In this document: piece after piece, positions 18,472-29,075 of the stretch | Numbering within the stretch: position 1 is the stretch's first letter | Layout: each line of letters opens with the position of its first letter | Origin: Candidatus Latescibacterota bacterium | GTDB taxonomy: Bacteria; Latescibacterota; UBA2968; UBA8231 | Length of the DNA: 64,000 bases | Assembly: GCA_965261395.1 (NCBI GenBank) | Contig: OZ253462.1 | Location: forward strand, 5,120,001-5,184,000 | Direction of reading: 5' to 3' | Program-made: the position numbers and the translations under genes | Notes under the pieces: generated by a model | Database searches by the model: none | Told to the model about the DNA's origin: nothing | What the model saw: only the letters and a program-made list of their open reading frames with translations

Positions 18472-19862
18472 GCGAACTCGCGCCGCTGGCCATGTTCCTC
18501 TGCACCTTCGCGGTACTGCTATCCGGCTTCCCGGTGGCCTTTTGCCTCGCGGGTACGGCCCTTGGCTTCGCCGGCCTCGGCGTCCTCACCGGCCACTTTG
18601 ACGCGGCCTTTCTCTCGGCTTTGCCGTCCCGCATCTACGGCATCATGTCCAACGAGACCCTGATGGCCGTGCCGCTCTTCGTCTTTATGGGGGTCGTGCT
18701 AGAGCGCTCAAAAATTGCCGAGGACCTGCTCGAAACCATGACCCAGCTCTGCGGCAGCTTGTGCGGCGGGCTGGGGATTTCGGTCTGCCTCGTCGGGGGC
18801 CTGTTGGCAGCCTCCACCGGCATCGTCGGCGCGACGGTCGTCACCATGGGCCTCATTTCGCTGCCGGCCATGCTCAAACGCGCGTACTCCCCAGCGGTTG
18901 CCACCGGCATCATCTGCGCTTCGGGGACGCTCGGCCAGATCATTCCACCCAGCATTGTGCTAGTCATCCTCGGCGACGTCGTCTCCTCGGCCTACCAACA
19001 GGCCCAGCTCAAAATGGGCAATTTCGCCCCGGTCTCCGTGTCGGTCGGCGACCTCTTTATGGGCGCACTCATACCTGGCCTCGTGCTGATGGGCCTCTAT
19101 ATCCTCTATATAGTCGTCCTTGGCCTCATCAAGCCGGCCGCCGTGCCGGCTGTGCCGGCGGAGGAACGCGCGCAAATCCTCAGCGCGGCCTTCTTCCGCC
19201 GCCTCGGCGCGGCCCTCGTGCCGCCTCTAGTCCTCATCAGCGGGGTGCTCGGTTCCATCCTCTTCGGGGTGGCCACCCCGACCGAGGCGGCTTCGGTCGG
19301 CGCAGTTGGTGCCATGCTCTTGGCGCTGGTCAAAGGGCACTTCAACCGCGCCGCGCTCAAAGAAGTCCTGCGCACCACCACTGAGATCAACGCCATGGTC
19401 TTTATCATCCTCATCGGCGCGAGCGTGTTTTCGCTGGTCTTTCGCGGCTACGGGGGCGACGAAGCGGTCGAGAGCTTTCTGACCCATGGGGCGACCGGCG
19501 GCGTGGTCGGCTCTTTCGCGCTGGTGATGGCGGTGATGTTTTTGCTCGGCTTCTTTCTCGACTTCTTCGAGATCATCTTCGTCGTCGTCCCCATCGTCGG
19601 CCCGATCCTCTTGGCGATGGGCTTAGATCCAGTGTGGTTCGGCGTGATGATCGCCTTGAATTTGCAGACTTCTTTTCTCACGCCCCCGTTTGGCTTCTCG
19701 CTCTTTTATCTGCGCGGCGTCGCCCCCCCTGAGATCAGCACGCCGCAGATCTACCGGGGGGTCGTGCCCTTTATCGCGATTCAGGTGCTGCTGTTAGTGG
19801 GGCTGTGGTTCGTGCCGGAGCTGGCTACGTATCTGCCGGCGAAGGTGTTCGGACGCGGGTAA
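18468..19862 (+). CDS. dctM: TRAP transporter large permease
   Basis: AVPLFVFMG, ASGTLGQIIPPS, NLQTSFLTPPFG. ATGA overlap with dctQ. Confidence 0.92.
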   Translation: MSELAPLAMFLCTFAVLLSGFPVAFCLAGTALGFAGLGVLTGHFDAAFLSALPSRIYGIMSNETLMAVPLFVFMGVVLERSKIAEDLLETMTQLCGSLCGGLGISVCLVGGLLAASTGIVGATVVTMGLISLPAMLKRAYSPAVATGIICASGTLGQIIPPSIVLVILGDVVSSAYQQAQLKMGNFAPVSVSVGDLFMGALIPGLVLMGLYILYIVVLGLIKPAAVPAVPAEERAQILSAAFFRRLGAALVPPLVLISGVLGSILFGVATPTEAASVGAVGAMLLALVKGHFNRAALKEVLRTTTEINAMVFIILIGASVFSLVFRGYGGDEAVESFLTHGATGGVVGSFALVMAVMFLLGFFLDFFEIIFVVVPIVGPILLAMGLDPVWFGVMIALNLQTSFLTPPFGFSLFYLRGVAPPEISTPQIYRGVVPFIAIQVLLLVGLWFVPELATYLPAKVFGRG

Positions 19863-19987
19863 AGTTGGGTGGAATTCGCGTCGCCGGCGACCATTCGGTC
19901 GAATTTTTGGCTTTGGCCGAACGCTTTATAGATCGAACAGATCCGCAGTGAACGCCGACGCTTCTTACCATCTGTGAGGCCAAGTGC

Positions 19988-22102
19988 TCAGAGGCGCTCT
20001 TGGTCAGATTCCCTCACCATAGTCAGAATCCCGACATAGGCGTCGTAGAAATTCTGAATGTTGCCCACGTAATGCACGGGCTGGCCGCAACGACAGAAGC
20101 CGTAGCGAGCTCGTTCGTGATACGCCGGCTTGGCAAGCAGCCGCATCGCCTGTTCCACGTGGCCAAACCACTTATCGGGATTCAACCCTTTCTCGCGGGC
20201 CAAGCGACGCGCGTCGAGCACGTGCCCGTAGCCGACATTGTAGGCGGCCAGCGCAAGACGCATCCGTTCCTCTATGGGGATTTGCGGATCGAAGCGGTTG
20301 ACCAGTTGAGACAGGTACTTTACCCCCGCGTGGATATTCTCTTCGGGGTCGTGCAGATCGGTAAATCCCAACTCGTGCCCGGTGACCGGCATGATCTGCA
20401 TCAGCCCGCGAGCGCCGACCCAGCTAGTGGCCTGAGGATCGAATTTGGATTCCTGGTACATCTGCGCGGTAATCAAGCGCCAGTCCTGGCCGTACTGGCG
20501 GGCGTATTTTTTCACCAACTCATCATAGGGCGACAGGCGGCCGCTCAAATCGACCCGCAGCGAATCCTTTGCCTTGGCGATGGTGCGCTTGTTTTTGAAG
20601 TATCGCTTCTTCATCATGTTAAAAAACAAGCCGCTTTTTTCTTCTTTTACGTACTGGTTGAGCGCTGCCAGCAAGGCCGGATTGTCCTCGCGCACCGCCC
20701 ACCCCAAAGGCGTCGGCTTGATGCTGAAGGCCGCCTTGAGCTGGCGCCCGTAGGCGAGTTCCACGTCGAGCAGATTGGAGTCGCACAGGGTAATGTCGTA
20801 GCGACCCTCTTCGACGCCGGCCAAGATGTCTTCGGTTTCGAGGGAGTCGGGCAGGGACGCGACCTGCAAACCCTCTATGGAATCCTGGAGGGCCATCAGG
20901 GTGGTGAAAAAAGAAGAGCTTCCGCGCACGTGGATCGTGCGCCCGGCCAAGTCCTGCAGGCTGGTAATCGAATCCTCCTCTGCGCGCACTACCACGAGTT
21001 CGTCCACCTCGTTATAAGGCAAGGTGAACGCCGCCTGCGCCCGTCGCTCCTCGGTAATGGTCATCGCCGCGGCCACGATGTCGCCTTTGCCTTCGTGCAA
21101 ATACGCCAGCAGGTCGGCGTGACTTTCTGGGATGACGATATCGAGCCGCAGGTCGTGCCGGTCGGCAAATTCCTTTATAAGCTCGTATTCAAAGCCCACC
21201 TGTCGGCCGCGATGGATAAAATAGGTCAGCGCATTATTGCGGGTGATCATGCGCAACCGCCGACGCTCCTTTAAGCCGGGCAGATCGTCGGTGAAGGCCT
21301 GCTGGGACTGGCGCGTAAACTGCTGGGCAAGCAGATATTCATCGACCTTGGTCTTGAACTGCACATCGTCGGGCCGCATCATCAGGGCAATCGGGCGGTT
21401 TTCGGCCACCATGAGCGGCGTAACCATGTTGTCGTAGTATCTTTTCACCGCCCGCCACAAGTGCTCATCGGCTACGGTCGCCGTGTATTCGCCGCGGACG
21501 ATGCCTTCTATAAGGTGTTCGAGGCCAAGCTGTTCCGGCGCGGCGTGAATGCGCAACGACGGCACCTGTTGCTGAATGTCCAACAGGGTCTGGTAGTGCG
21601 AGCTGGAGCGCCGGACGCCGATTTTCATCCCGGCCAAGTCCTCAATCGTCGTCGGCAGGCTATCGCTGGCCGCGGTAATCAGGTACTCGTCCACGTAGAG
21701 ATACGGCACGGAAAACGCCGCTTGCTCCTGCCGCGCTAGCGTAACCGTCAGACTAGCGGCGACGATATCGCCTTCGCCTCCCAGCAGCTTCTGGACCATC
21801 TGGGCATAATTTTCGGCCTTTACCAGCATCAGCTCTAGATTGAGCTCCTCGGCCAAGTCGCGGGCGAGGTCGTAGTCAATCGTCACCGGTTCCGCGTGCT
21901 TGGGCATGTGGTCAAGCGGCTCCGGCGGAACGATGACGCGCAGCTTGCCGTGGGATTGCAATACCGATAGATCGCCGGTGTACTTGGGCAGCGGCGGAGC
22001 AGGGGTTGCCGGCTGGCTGCATTGAACAAATGTAGAAAGGGCAATAAGCCCTGCAGGAAGAAGCGTTCGAGTGCGAAATAACACGACGCACCTCCTTTCC
22101 AA
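19988..22102 (-). CDS. mltF: MltF-like lytic transglycosylase with two PBP3 domains plus an SLT domain
   Basis: Two solute-binding repeats, then QESKFDP, GARGLMQIMP, AAYNVGYGH. Start uncertain. Confidence 0.8.
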   Translation of the reverse strand: MERRCVVLFRTRTLLPAGLIALSTFVQCSQPATPAPPLPKYTGDLSVLQSHGKLRVIVPPEPLDHMPKHAEPVTIDYDLARDLAEELNLELMLVKAENYAQMVQKLLGGEGDIVAASLTVTLARQEQAAFSVPYLYVDEYLITAASDSLPTTIEDLAGMKIGVRRSSSHYQTLLDIQQQVPSLRIHAAPEQLGLEHLIEGIVRGEYTATVADEHLWRAVKRYYDNMVTPLMVAENRPIALMMRPDDVQFKTKVDEYLLAQQFTRQSQQAFTDDLPGLKERRRLRMITRNNALTYFIHRGRQVGFEYELIKEFADRHDLRLDIVIPESHADLLAYLHEGKGDIVAAAMTITEERRAQAAFTLPYNEVDELVVVRAEEDSITSLQDLAGRTIHVRGSSSFFTTLMALQDSIEGLQVASLPDSLETEDILAGVEEGRYDITLCDSNLLDVELAYGRQLKAAFSIKPTPLGWAVREDNPALLAALNQYVKEEKSGLFFNMMKKRYFKNKRTIAKAKDSLRVDLSGRLSPYDELVKKYARQYGQDWRLITAQMYQESKFDPQATSWVGARGLMQIMPVTGHELGFTDLHDPEENIHAGVKYLSQLVNRFDPQIPIEERMRLALAAYNVGYGHVLDARRLAREKGLNPDKWFGHVEQAMRLLAKPAYHERARYGFCRCGQPVHYVGNIQNFYDAYVGILTMVRESDQERL

Positions 22103-22725
22103 ATCGGCCCGTTCGACGGGCCTCCGTAGTGTTTTAGTCTGGGATAAAAAACGGCGCTTATGGGTTAAATATTGCGCCGTAGAGGTTTTTGGTAGGTTGT
22201 CAGCTCACTGGGCAATATCATCAAAAAGTAGCTACTCCTTTACATCTTCCGTTTGTGCCTAGCGATTGAGTACAAGCGCCTACACTCGCTAGCTCTTCAG
22301 ATGTAATTTTGCTACTGCCCATAAAGTCATCTTCTCAGTTGATGATTTAATCTACCATATCTTGTAGAACAAATTTGCTCATATCCCAAAGTGTAGTATC
22401 ATTTAATTTTTAATACCATCCATGATATTCCCTACACCAATATGTATTAAACCAGATGCCTTTTACTCGTACCTTATACCACCATTTACAAAGTCTGTCT
22501 ATGTAAATTCACTTGTCCTGATTCACGGCGACTAAATCCCCGTTAATTTCCACCGCCTCCTCGGGCGCAATAAACCCCTTGTGCCCGCGAGCACGTCCGC
22601 CAATGATAGAATGGTCGGCATCTTTCGTCAAGCAGTTTTATTCCCTTTGTACGGCTTGACGCCACTCCCCTAAAGGGCCTTTATATTTTCTGTACTTGCT
22701 GCCAATACAGCCCATTTAAGGAGGA

Positions 22726-23754
22726 TTGACCGCCGTGCGAACCCATGGACTCACCGTCGTCAAGCCGGGGCGGATTGAGGTTGCAGAGACCGATCTCGAC
22801 GACCACCTGCACCCCCATGAAGTACTAATAGAGACCGAATACTCCATCATCAGCGCCGGCACCGAAGGCGCGGGATTTACCGGCCTCGTCAAGCAGATGC
22901 CTTTCGGCGACGCCGGCCAGTACCCCCGCGACACCGGCTACGGCAACCTCGGCCAAGTGCTGAAGGTCGGCGACGCAGTCTCCGGCGTACAACCGGGCGA
23001 CCGCGTATTGTCCTTTACCCGCCACGCTTCTATCGTCAAAGCGGATGCGCAGCGCATGGCGCTGCCCGTCTCGCGCGAGGCCCCCGGCCAGCACCTCGTG
23101 TTTACGCGCATGGCCGGCGTCAGCATCTCCGCTTTGCGCTCTTCTAGCGTCCAGCCCGGAGACACAGTGCTGGTGGTCGGCGGCGGTCTCGTGGGCAATT
23201 TCGCCGCCCAGCTCTTCCGCCTAGCTGGTGCCGATGTCATGCTCGCGGATTTATCCGAACTGCGCCTGCGCCAAGCGCGTGCCTGCGGCATCAAGCACAC
23301 GGTCAATCCCGGCCGCGACGATCTGGAAGAAGTGGTGCGCGACTGGACCGGCGGCGCTGGTGCTCGCATCGGCGTCGAGGCCATTGGCATCAGCGAAGTT
23401 ATCGCCCAGACCGCGATGTGCATTGCCCGCCACGGCGAACTCATCCTACTCGGCAGCCCGCGGGCCCCGGCCCACTTCGATGTCACGCCCATGCTGCTGC
23501 GCATCCATCTAGAGGCGATTCGCATGATCGGCGCCCTCGAGTGGCGCTGGCCGCAGCACGAGACTGAGCGCTGCCGCGATCTCGACGCCAATTATCGCCA
23601 AATCGCCGTGTGGATCGCCGGCGGCCAGCTCGTCGTCGAACCTCTGCTCTCCCACCTAGGCTCTCCAGCAGACTGCCAGCAGATGTACGAAGGGCTTACC
23701 GCCAATAAAGAGGAATACCTCGGCGTGGTCTTCGACTGGTCGCTCCTGAGTTAG
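22726..23754 (+). CDS. MDR-family (zinc-binding-like) dehydrogenase
   Basis: SIISAGTE, YPRDTGY..GQV, Rossmann GGGLVG. TTG start after AAGGAGG. Confidence 0.82.
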   Translation: MTAVRTHGLTVVKPGRIEVAETDLDDHLHPHEVLIETEYSIISAGTEGAGFTGLVKQMPFGDAGQYPRDTGYGNLGQVLKVGDAVSGVQPGDRVLSFTRHASIVKADAQRMALPVSREAPGQHLVFTRMAGVSISALRSSSVQPGDTVLVVGGGLVGNFAAQLFRLAGADVMLADLSELRLRQARACGIKHTVNPGRDDLEEVVRDWTGGAGARIGVEAIGISEVIAQTAMCIARHGELILLGSPRAPAHFDVTPMLLRIHLEAIRMIGALEWRWPQHETERCRDLDANYRQIAVWIAGGQLVVEPLLSHLGSPADCQQMYEGLTANKEEYLGVVFDWSLLS

Positions 23755-23758
23755 TTCC

Positions 23759-25228
23759 ATGTCAACGCATTACCTCGCGCTAGACATCGGCTCGACGACC
23801 GTCGTCGCCATCGTCATTGACCTCGACACCAACGCCGTCGTCGGCGCAGCCAGCACGGCCAATCTGTCCGAAGTGACCTCCCCGGCGGACAAGCGAATCA
23901 GCCGCTCGGAGTGGAACCTCGACGCGATGACCGAGCTGGCCATCGGCAACGCCGCCGCGCTCGTAGCCCGCATCAACGCCCGGCCAGCAGCCATCGGCAT
24001 CACCGGGCAGCAACAGGGCCTTCAGCTTCTCGACGCCGCGCTCAATGCCGTAGGCCCTTTCTTCTCCTGGCAGGACCAGCGCGCCCAAGAACCCCTACCT
24101 GACCAGCAACACACCTACCTAGACGCTATAGCCCAGCGCGGGGGTGCCACCGCCGCCGAAGACGAGCAGCCCGCCTTTGCCCATACCGGCTGCCCTCTCG
24201 TGGCCGGCCACGCTGCGCCGCACCTGTTTTGGCTGCAAGCCAACGATCAGCTTCCCAGCGGCGTCAGCGGCACCACGGCCCCTGAGTTTGTGGTATCGCG
24301 CTTGGTGGGCAAACAGCCCGTTGTCGATCCCACGGACGCGCACGGCTGGGGCGTCTATGACGTGGCCAAACGCGGCTGGGCGGACGAGCTTATCGCCGCC
24401 CTTGGCCTAGGCCAGTCGCTGTTTCCCGATCTCGCCGAATCGTGTACCATGGCCGGTCCCCTGACCACAGCAATGGCCCACAAGCTCGGCGTACCAACGG
24501 GCTTGCCCGTCGCCGTGGCGTCCGGCGATCACCAGTGCAGCTTTGCCGGCACGGTCGCCGATTACGCCAACACCGTGGCGGTCAATGTCGGCACTGGCGG
24601 GCAAGCCGCACTGTATATCGAAACCCCACTGCCGCGCGGCTGGCTCGAATTGCGTCCCTATATGCAGCGCGGCTATCTGCTGGCCGGCGTGGGGGCCGTT
24701 GGCGGGCGGACGTTCAGGACGCTGCGCGACTTCTTCGCCGACGCCATCTATGCCCTCGCTGATGTCCAACCCGACCGCGAGGCCCTCTACGAGCGGCTCG
24801 TCGCATTGGCAGCCGACGTACCGACCGGTGCCGAGGGCGTGCGCGCCGATCCGCTGTTTTCCGGGTCGCGCAGCAGTCCACACGCCAAAGCCACTTTCCG
24901 CGAGCTGACCGCGGCGACGCTGACTGCCGGACATCTGACGCGCGCGCTATTGGAAGGCATGGCCGTCGAATTGGCCGACTCATACCGCGAGGCCATCCGC
25001 CTGGGCAGCGGCACGCGCTCCAAGCTGGTTGGCGCGGGCAACGGCATCAAGCTAAATCCCGTGCTGCGGGCGGCGCTAGAAGCTGAGTTCGCTATGCCGC
25101 TGCACGTGGGATCGCACGGCGAAGAGGCGGCCGTCGGTGCCGCGCTGTGCGCCGCCGTGGCCGACGGCGCGTTTGGCTCTATTGCCGAAGCGAGCGCGGT
25201 GTTTGCTAGAGACCCTCCTTCCAAATGA
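23759..25228 (+). CDS. FGGY carbohydrate kinase (sedoheptulokinase/xylulokinase-like)
   Basis: ALDIGSTT, GITGQQQG, WQDQR, GDHQCSF, VNVGTGGQ. Confidence 0.85.
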   Translation: MSTHYLALDIGSTTVVAIVIDLDTNAVVGAASTANLSEVTSPADKRISRSEWNLDAMTELAIGNAAALVARINARPAAIGITGQQQGLQLLDAALNAVGPFFSWQDQRAQEPLPDQQHTYLDAIAQRGGATAAEDEQPAFAHTGCPLVAGHAAPHLFWLQANDQLPSGVSGTTAPEFVVSRLVGKQPVVDPTDAHGWGVYDVAKRGWADELIAALGLGQSLFPDLAESCTMAGPLTTAMAHKLGVPTGLPVAVASGDHQCSFAGTVADYANTVAVNVGTGGQAALYIETPLPRGWLELRPYMQRGYLLAGVGAVGGRTFRTLRDFFADAIYALADVQPDREALYERLVALAADVPTGAEGVRADPLFSGSRSSPHAKATFRELTAATLTAGHLTRALLEGMAVELADSYREAIRLGSGTRSKLVGAGNGIKLNPVLRAALEAEFAMPLHVGSHGEEAAVGAALCAAVADGAFGSIAEASAVFARDPPSK

Positions 25229-25319
25229 AAAAACCGAGGGTAACATGAAACATATCGAGATTGTCGATGGTGTTGAAATGGATAAGTCGACTATTAACCA
25301 CTTAAAACAGGAGTCTTAG

Positions 25320-28169
25320 ATGAGACGAGTTTTGATACTGTTCGTTGTGTTTCCACTGCTGCTGTGCGCCTGCGCCAGCACGTCGCCAACGCCCGTGCAA
25401 CAGGCCGCGATGGAAGAGACGACCGAGGAGAAGCTGCCCATTGATTCGCTGGTGACCGTCGGCCAGCTAGACAACGGCCTGCGCTATGTCATCCGCAAAA
25501 ACCAGAAACCCGAGAACCGAGTCGAGCTGCGGCTAGTGGTCGATGTAGGCTCAGTGCTGGAGGACGAAGAGCAGCAAGGGCTGGCGCACTTTGCCGAGCA
25601 CATGGCCTTCAACGGCACCAAAAACTTTGCCAAGCAGGAGTTGGTGGACTATCTGGAGCTAATCGGCATGCGCTTTGGGCCGGATCTCAATGCCTATACC
25701 AGCTTCGACGAAACCGTGTACATGCTGACGGTACCTACCGACAGCACCGAGGTGGTGCACACAGCCTTCCAAATCTTGGAGGACTGGGCGCACCAGATCA
25801 GCTTTGAGACCGAGGAGATCGACAAGGAACGGGGCGTAGTCGTCGAAGAGTGGCGGCTGGGGCGCGGCGCACAGCGGCGCATGTTCGACAAGCAATTGCC
25901 CATCCTCCTAAAAGATTCGCGCTACGCCGTGCGCCTGCCTATCGGCCAGAAGGCCGTGCTCGACACCTTTCAGCACGAGGCCCTGCGCCGCTTTTACCAA
26001 ACCTGGTACCGGCCCGATCTGATGGGTTTTGTGGCCGTCGGCGACATTGAGCCAGCGGCAATAGAGGCACTAGTGCAGGAGTATTTTGCGCGCATCCCCT
26101 CGGCAGAAGGCCCCAGCGAACGCACGGTGTTCCCCGTGCCCGACCACGAGGAGACGCTGTTCTCCATTGCCACCGACCCAGAAGCCACCTACAACAACGT
26201 CAGCATCTACTACAAAATGGACGTGCGGCCCCAGGGGACGGTGAGCACCTACCGCCGCTCGCTCATTGAGGCCCTATATCACCAGATGTTAAACCAGCGC
26301 CTGCACGAACTGACCAAGCTACCCGAGCCGCCTTTTTTAGGGGCCTATTCGGGCCAAGGGCGCTGGCTGCGCTCCAAGGAGTTTTTCATCCTCGGCGCTG
26401 CGGTGCAAAACAACGGTTTCGACGCGGGGCTTGAGGCTCTGTTGATTGAAGCGGCTAGAGTGCGGGAATTCGGCTTTACCGCCTCCGAGCTGGAGCGCGA
26501 GAAAAAGGAAATGCTGCGCGGCATGGAGCAGTCCTACCGCGAGCGCGATAAGCAGCAGTCGAGCGGTTTTGCCTCCGAATACGTGCGCCACCTGCTGACC
26601 GACGAGGCCATCCCCGGCATTGCCAAGGAGTACGAACTCTATCAGGAACTGGTACCCGGCATTGCGCTGGCAGAGGTCAATGCGCTGGCCAGCGAGTGGA
26701 CGAGCGGAAAAAACCGAGTGATCACCGTGGAGGCTCCCGAGCAAGAGGGTATTGCCGTGCCCAACGAGCAGGATCTGCTGGCGATCTTCGCCGAGGCGGC
26801 GCAGCAGGAGATCGAGCCGTACGCCGAAGAGGTGTCCGACGAGCCGCTGGTGGCCCAGGTGCCAGCTCCGGCTGAAATCGTCGAACGCAGCCAAATCCCC
26901 GAGATCGGCGTGACTTGGTGGACCCTCGCCAACGGCATCCGGGTCTGCCTGAAGCCGACGGACTTCAAAAACGATGAGATCCTCTTCCGGGCCTATAGCC
27001 CCGGCGGGCACTCGCTGGTCCCCGACGCCGACTACGTGGCGGCTTCGACGGCGACCTCGGTGGTAAGCGAAGGCGGCGTGGGGCCGTTTAACAAGATCTC
27101 ACTGGAGAAGAAACTGGCCGGCAAAGTGGTGCGGGTATCGCCGTGGATCAGCAGCTTGCGGGAGGGCATTTCTGGCTCGGCCTCGCCCGAAGATATTCAG
27201 ACCATGTTCGAGCTGATCTACGCCTTCTTCACCGCGCCACGCCAAGACAGCACAGCTTTCCAAGCCTACCAGACGCTCATGCGAGGCTCCATCCAAAACC
27301 GCAGTGCGCGCCCAGAGACAGCTTTCGGCGACACCATTGCGGTCACCATGGCGCAGTATCACCACCGGGCGCGCCCCTGGTCGCTGGAGTTGCTCGACGA
27401 GATGGACTTGGCCACGTCGATGGCCGTGTATCAAGATCGCTTTGCCGACGCCGGCGACTTCTCGTTTTTCTTTGTCGGCAACTTCACCCTCGAAGACATG
27501 GAGCCACTGGTGCGCACTTATTTGGGCGGCTTGCCGGCCACGGGACGGGAGGAGACTTGGCGCGATGTCGGCATTGAGGCCCCAGAGGGTGTGATCGACA
27601 AAGCGGTCTATCGCGGCATCGAACCCAAAAGCCAATCGCGGATGATTTTCACCGGCCCCTTTGAATACGACGGCTGGAAAAACAACCTCGAACTCAGGGC
27701 TATGACCTCCGCGCTGCAGATCAAGCTGCGCGAGGTGTTGCGCGAGGACTTGGGCGGCACCTATGGGGTATGGGTCAGCAGCAGCGGCTCGCAGTACCCG
27801 GACGAGAAGTACAGCATCTCCATCTCTTTCGGCAGCGACCCCGAGCGCGTCGAGGAGCTGACGCAGGTGATCTTCGAGCAGATCGACAGCCTAAAAACCG
27901 TCGGTACCACCGACCTCTACGTCGATAAGGTCAAGGAAATGCGCAAGCGCCAGCGCGAGACCGACCTTAAGGAAAACAGCTTCTGGGTCGGGTCTCTGGA
28001 GTCGCTCGACTTCAACGGGGTCGATCCACGGCTGCTGATTCAGTATCCAGCGTTGGTCGATTCGCTGACTGTGGAGGCGGTGCAGCAATCGGCGCAGAAG
28101 TATTTCAATATGGACCGCTATGTGCGGGTGGTGCTCTATCCAGAGGAGGGTGAGTCGGAGGAAGAGTAG
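25320..28169 (+). CDS. pqqL: M16 zinc peptidase lipoprotein (PqqL-like)
   Basis: Lipobox-like signal, GLAHFAEHMAFNGT (HxxEH), NAYTSFDETVY, LREDLGGTY. Confidence 0.88.
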   Translation: MRRVLILFVVFPLLLCACASTSPTPVQQAAMEETTEEKLPIDSLVTVGQLDNGLRYVIRKNQKPENRVELRLVVDVGSVLEDEEQQGLAHFAEHMAFNGTKNFAKQELVDYLELIGMRFGPDLNAYTSFDETVYMLTVPTDSTEVVHTAFQILEDWAHQISFETEEIDKERGVVVEEWRLGRGAQRRMFDKQLPILLKDSRYAVRLPIGQKAVLDTFQHEALRRFYQTWYRPDLMGFVAVGDIEPAAIEALVQEYFARIPSAEGPSERTVFPVPDHEETLFSIATDPEATYNNVSIYYKMDVRPQGTVSTYRRSLIEALYHQMLNQRLHELTKLPEPPFLGAYSGQGRWLRSKEFFILGAAVQNNGFDAGLEALLIEAARVREFGFTASELEREKKEMLRGMEQSYRERDKQQSSGFASEYVRHLLTDEAIPGIAKEYELYQELVPGIALAEVNALASEWTSGKNRVITVEAPEQEGIAVPNEQDLLAIFAEAAQQEIEPYAEEVSDEPLVAQVPAPAEIVERSQIPEIGVTWWTLANGIRVCLKPTDFKNDEILFRAYSPGGHSLVPDADYVAASTATSVVSEGGVGPFNKISLEKKLAGKVVRVSPWISSLREGISGSASPEDIQTMFELIYAFFTAPRQDSTAFQAYQTLMRGSIQNRSARPETAFGDTIAVTMAQYHHRARPWSLELLDEMDLATSMAVYQDRFADAGDFSFFFVGNFTLEDMEPLVRTYLGGLPATGREETWRDVGIEAPEGVIDKAVYRGIEPKSQSRMIFTGPFEYDGWKNNLELRAMTSALQIKLREVLREDLGGTYGVWVSSSGSQYPDEKYSISISFGSDPERVEELTQVIFEQIDSLKTVGTTDLYVDKVKEMRKRQRETDLKENSFWVGSLESLDFNGVDPRLLIQYPALVDSLTVEAVQQSAQKYFNMDRYVRVVLYPEEGESEEE

Positions 28170-28295
28170 CGCTACGAGGAATCGTATATTTTTCTCGCCA
28201 CTACGTCGCCGTCGGCCCGAGCTGTTTTGGTTGGGTCGGCGGCGACTTTATCACCGTGGCCGAAGCAAGAGAATGCAGCAGACTCTCGCCCCCAA

Positions 28296-29075
28296 CTACA
28301 ACTGCCACATAATGCTACCATCGTTTCGCGTGGTGAGTACCTTTCGCCACTCCTGTCCGCGCGGACCATTGAACCATCCACCTGTGGCGTGTTGTCCGTA
28401 TATGCCAGCCATTTCCTGCGTGTCGTACTGAATTGGCCCATCGGACATGACCACCAGCGATGGACTACAGTAATCGAAAACCTCTCTACAATAGCCGCTC
28501 TCTCGACCGTGATGCGAAGCAACAAAAATGTTGACACGTCCAAGTAATGTACAGACATAAGGATTCTTGAGTAGTTCAATCCAGCCCGGCTGTTCAAGAT
28601 CACCTGGAAGAACAAAGGAAAGATTGCCAATATCCAAAAATATGAGCAGACTCAGATTGTTGGTATCTGTGAACGATGGATAATTGTTATGGAACGTCTG
28701 CACTCGGATCCCCGGCGGCTCAAGCTGATCGTTGGAGACTACTCCTGTATAATTGTCAATCATTTCGAGTAGTTTATCCATAGCAGGGCTGATAGGCGGT
28801 GTCTTCAGGTTACGCAGTTGAGTAGAATTAATACTGGAATTACGAGTTAGTATCTCGATCTTGAAATACTGCTGTAACATCGGCAAGTCTGCAATATGGT
28901 CTTCGTCGTAATTTGTCACAAATAGCCAACGTATAACTCTTATACCTTGTGTCCAAAGGTATTGAGAGGGCTGGCATGTCGATGAATAACCACAGTCAAA
29001 AAGAAAAACGCTACCGTCTTCCGCTATAGAGTAAGCGGCAAATCCATGTTCTACATTTAGAATCTCGAACTTCAT
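28296..29075 (-). CDS. ComEC/Rec2-like MBL-fold hydrolase with variant metal motif
   Basis: ILNVEHG, DCG, TNYDEDH (His to Asn in HxDxDH), NNLS, PGDLE, ASHHGRESG. TGATG-coupled to the upstream gene. Confidence 0.8.
   Translation of the reverse strand: MKFEILNVEHGFAAYSIAEDGSVFLFDCGYSSTCQPSQYLWTQGIRVIRWLFVTNYDEDHIADLPMLQQYFKIEILTRNSSINSTQLRNLKTPPISPAMDKLLEMIDNYTGVVSNDQLEPPGIRVQTFHNNYPSFTDTNNLSLLIFLDIGNLSFVLPGDLEQPGWIELLKNPYVCTLLGRVNIFVASHHGRESGYCREVFDYCSPSLVVMSDGPIQYDTQEMAGIYGQHATGGWFNGPRGQEWRKVLTTRNDGSIMWQL

Noticed and set aside
20000-21274. 424-aa ORF antisense to the mltF-like gene (and similar long shadow ORFs, e.g. 46664-47866, 8604-9491)
   Set aside because: Typical antisense open frames of GC-rich genes, with no recognisable motifs.
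25245-25319. Short ORF MKHIEIVDGVEMDKSTINHLKQES before pqqL
   Set aside because: It has an RBS-like sequence, but 24 aa with no recognisable family is too little to call.
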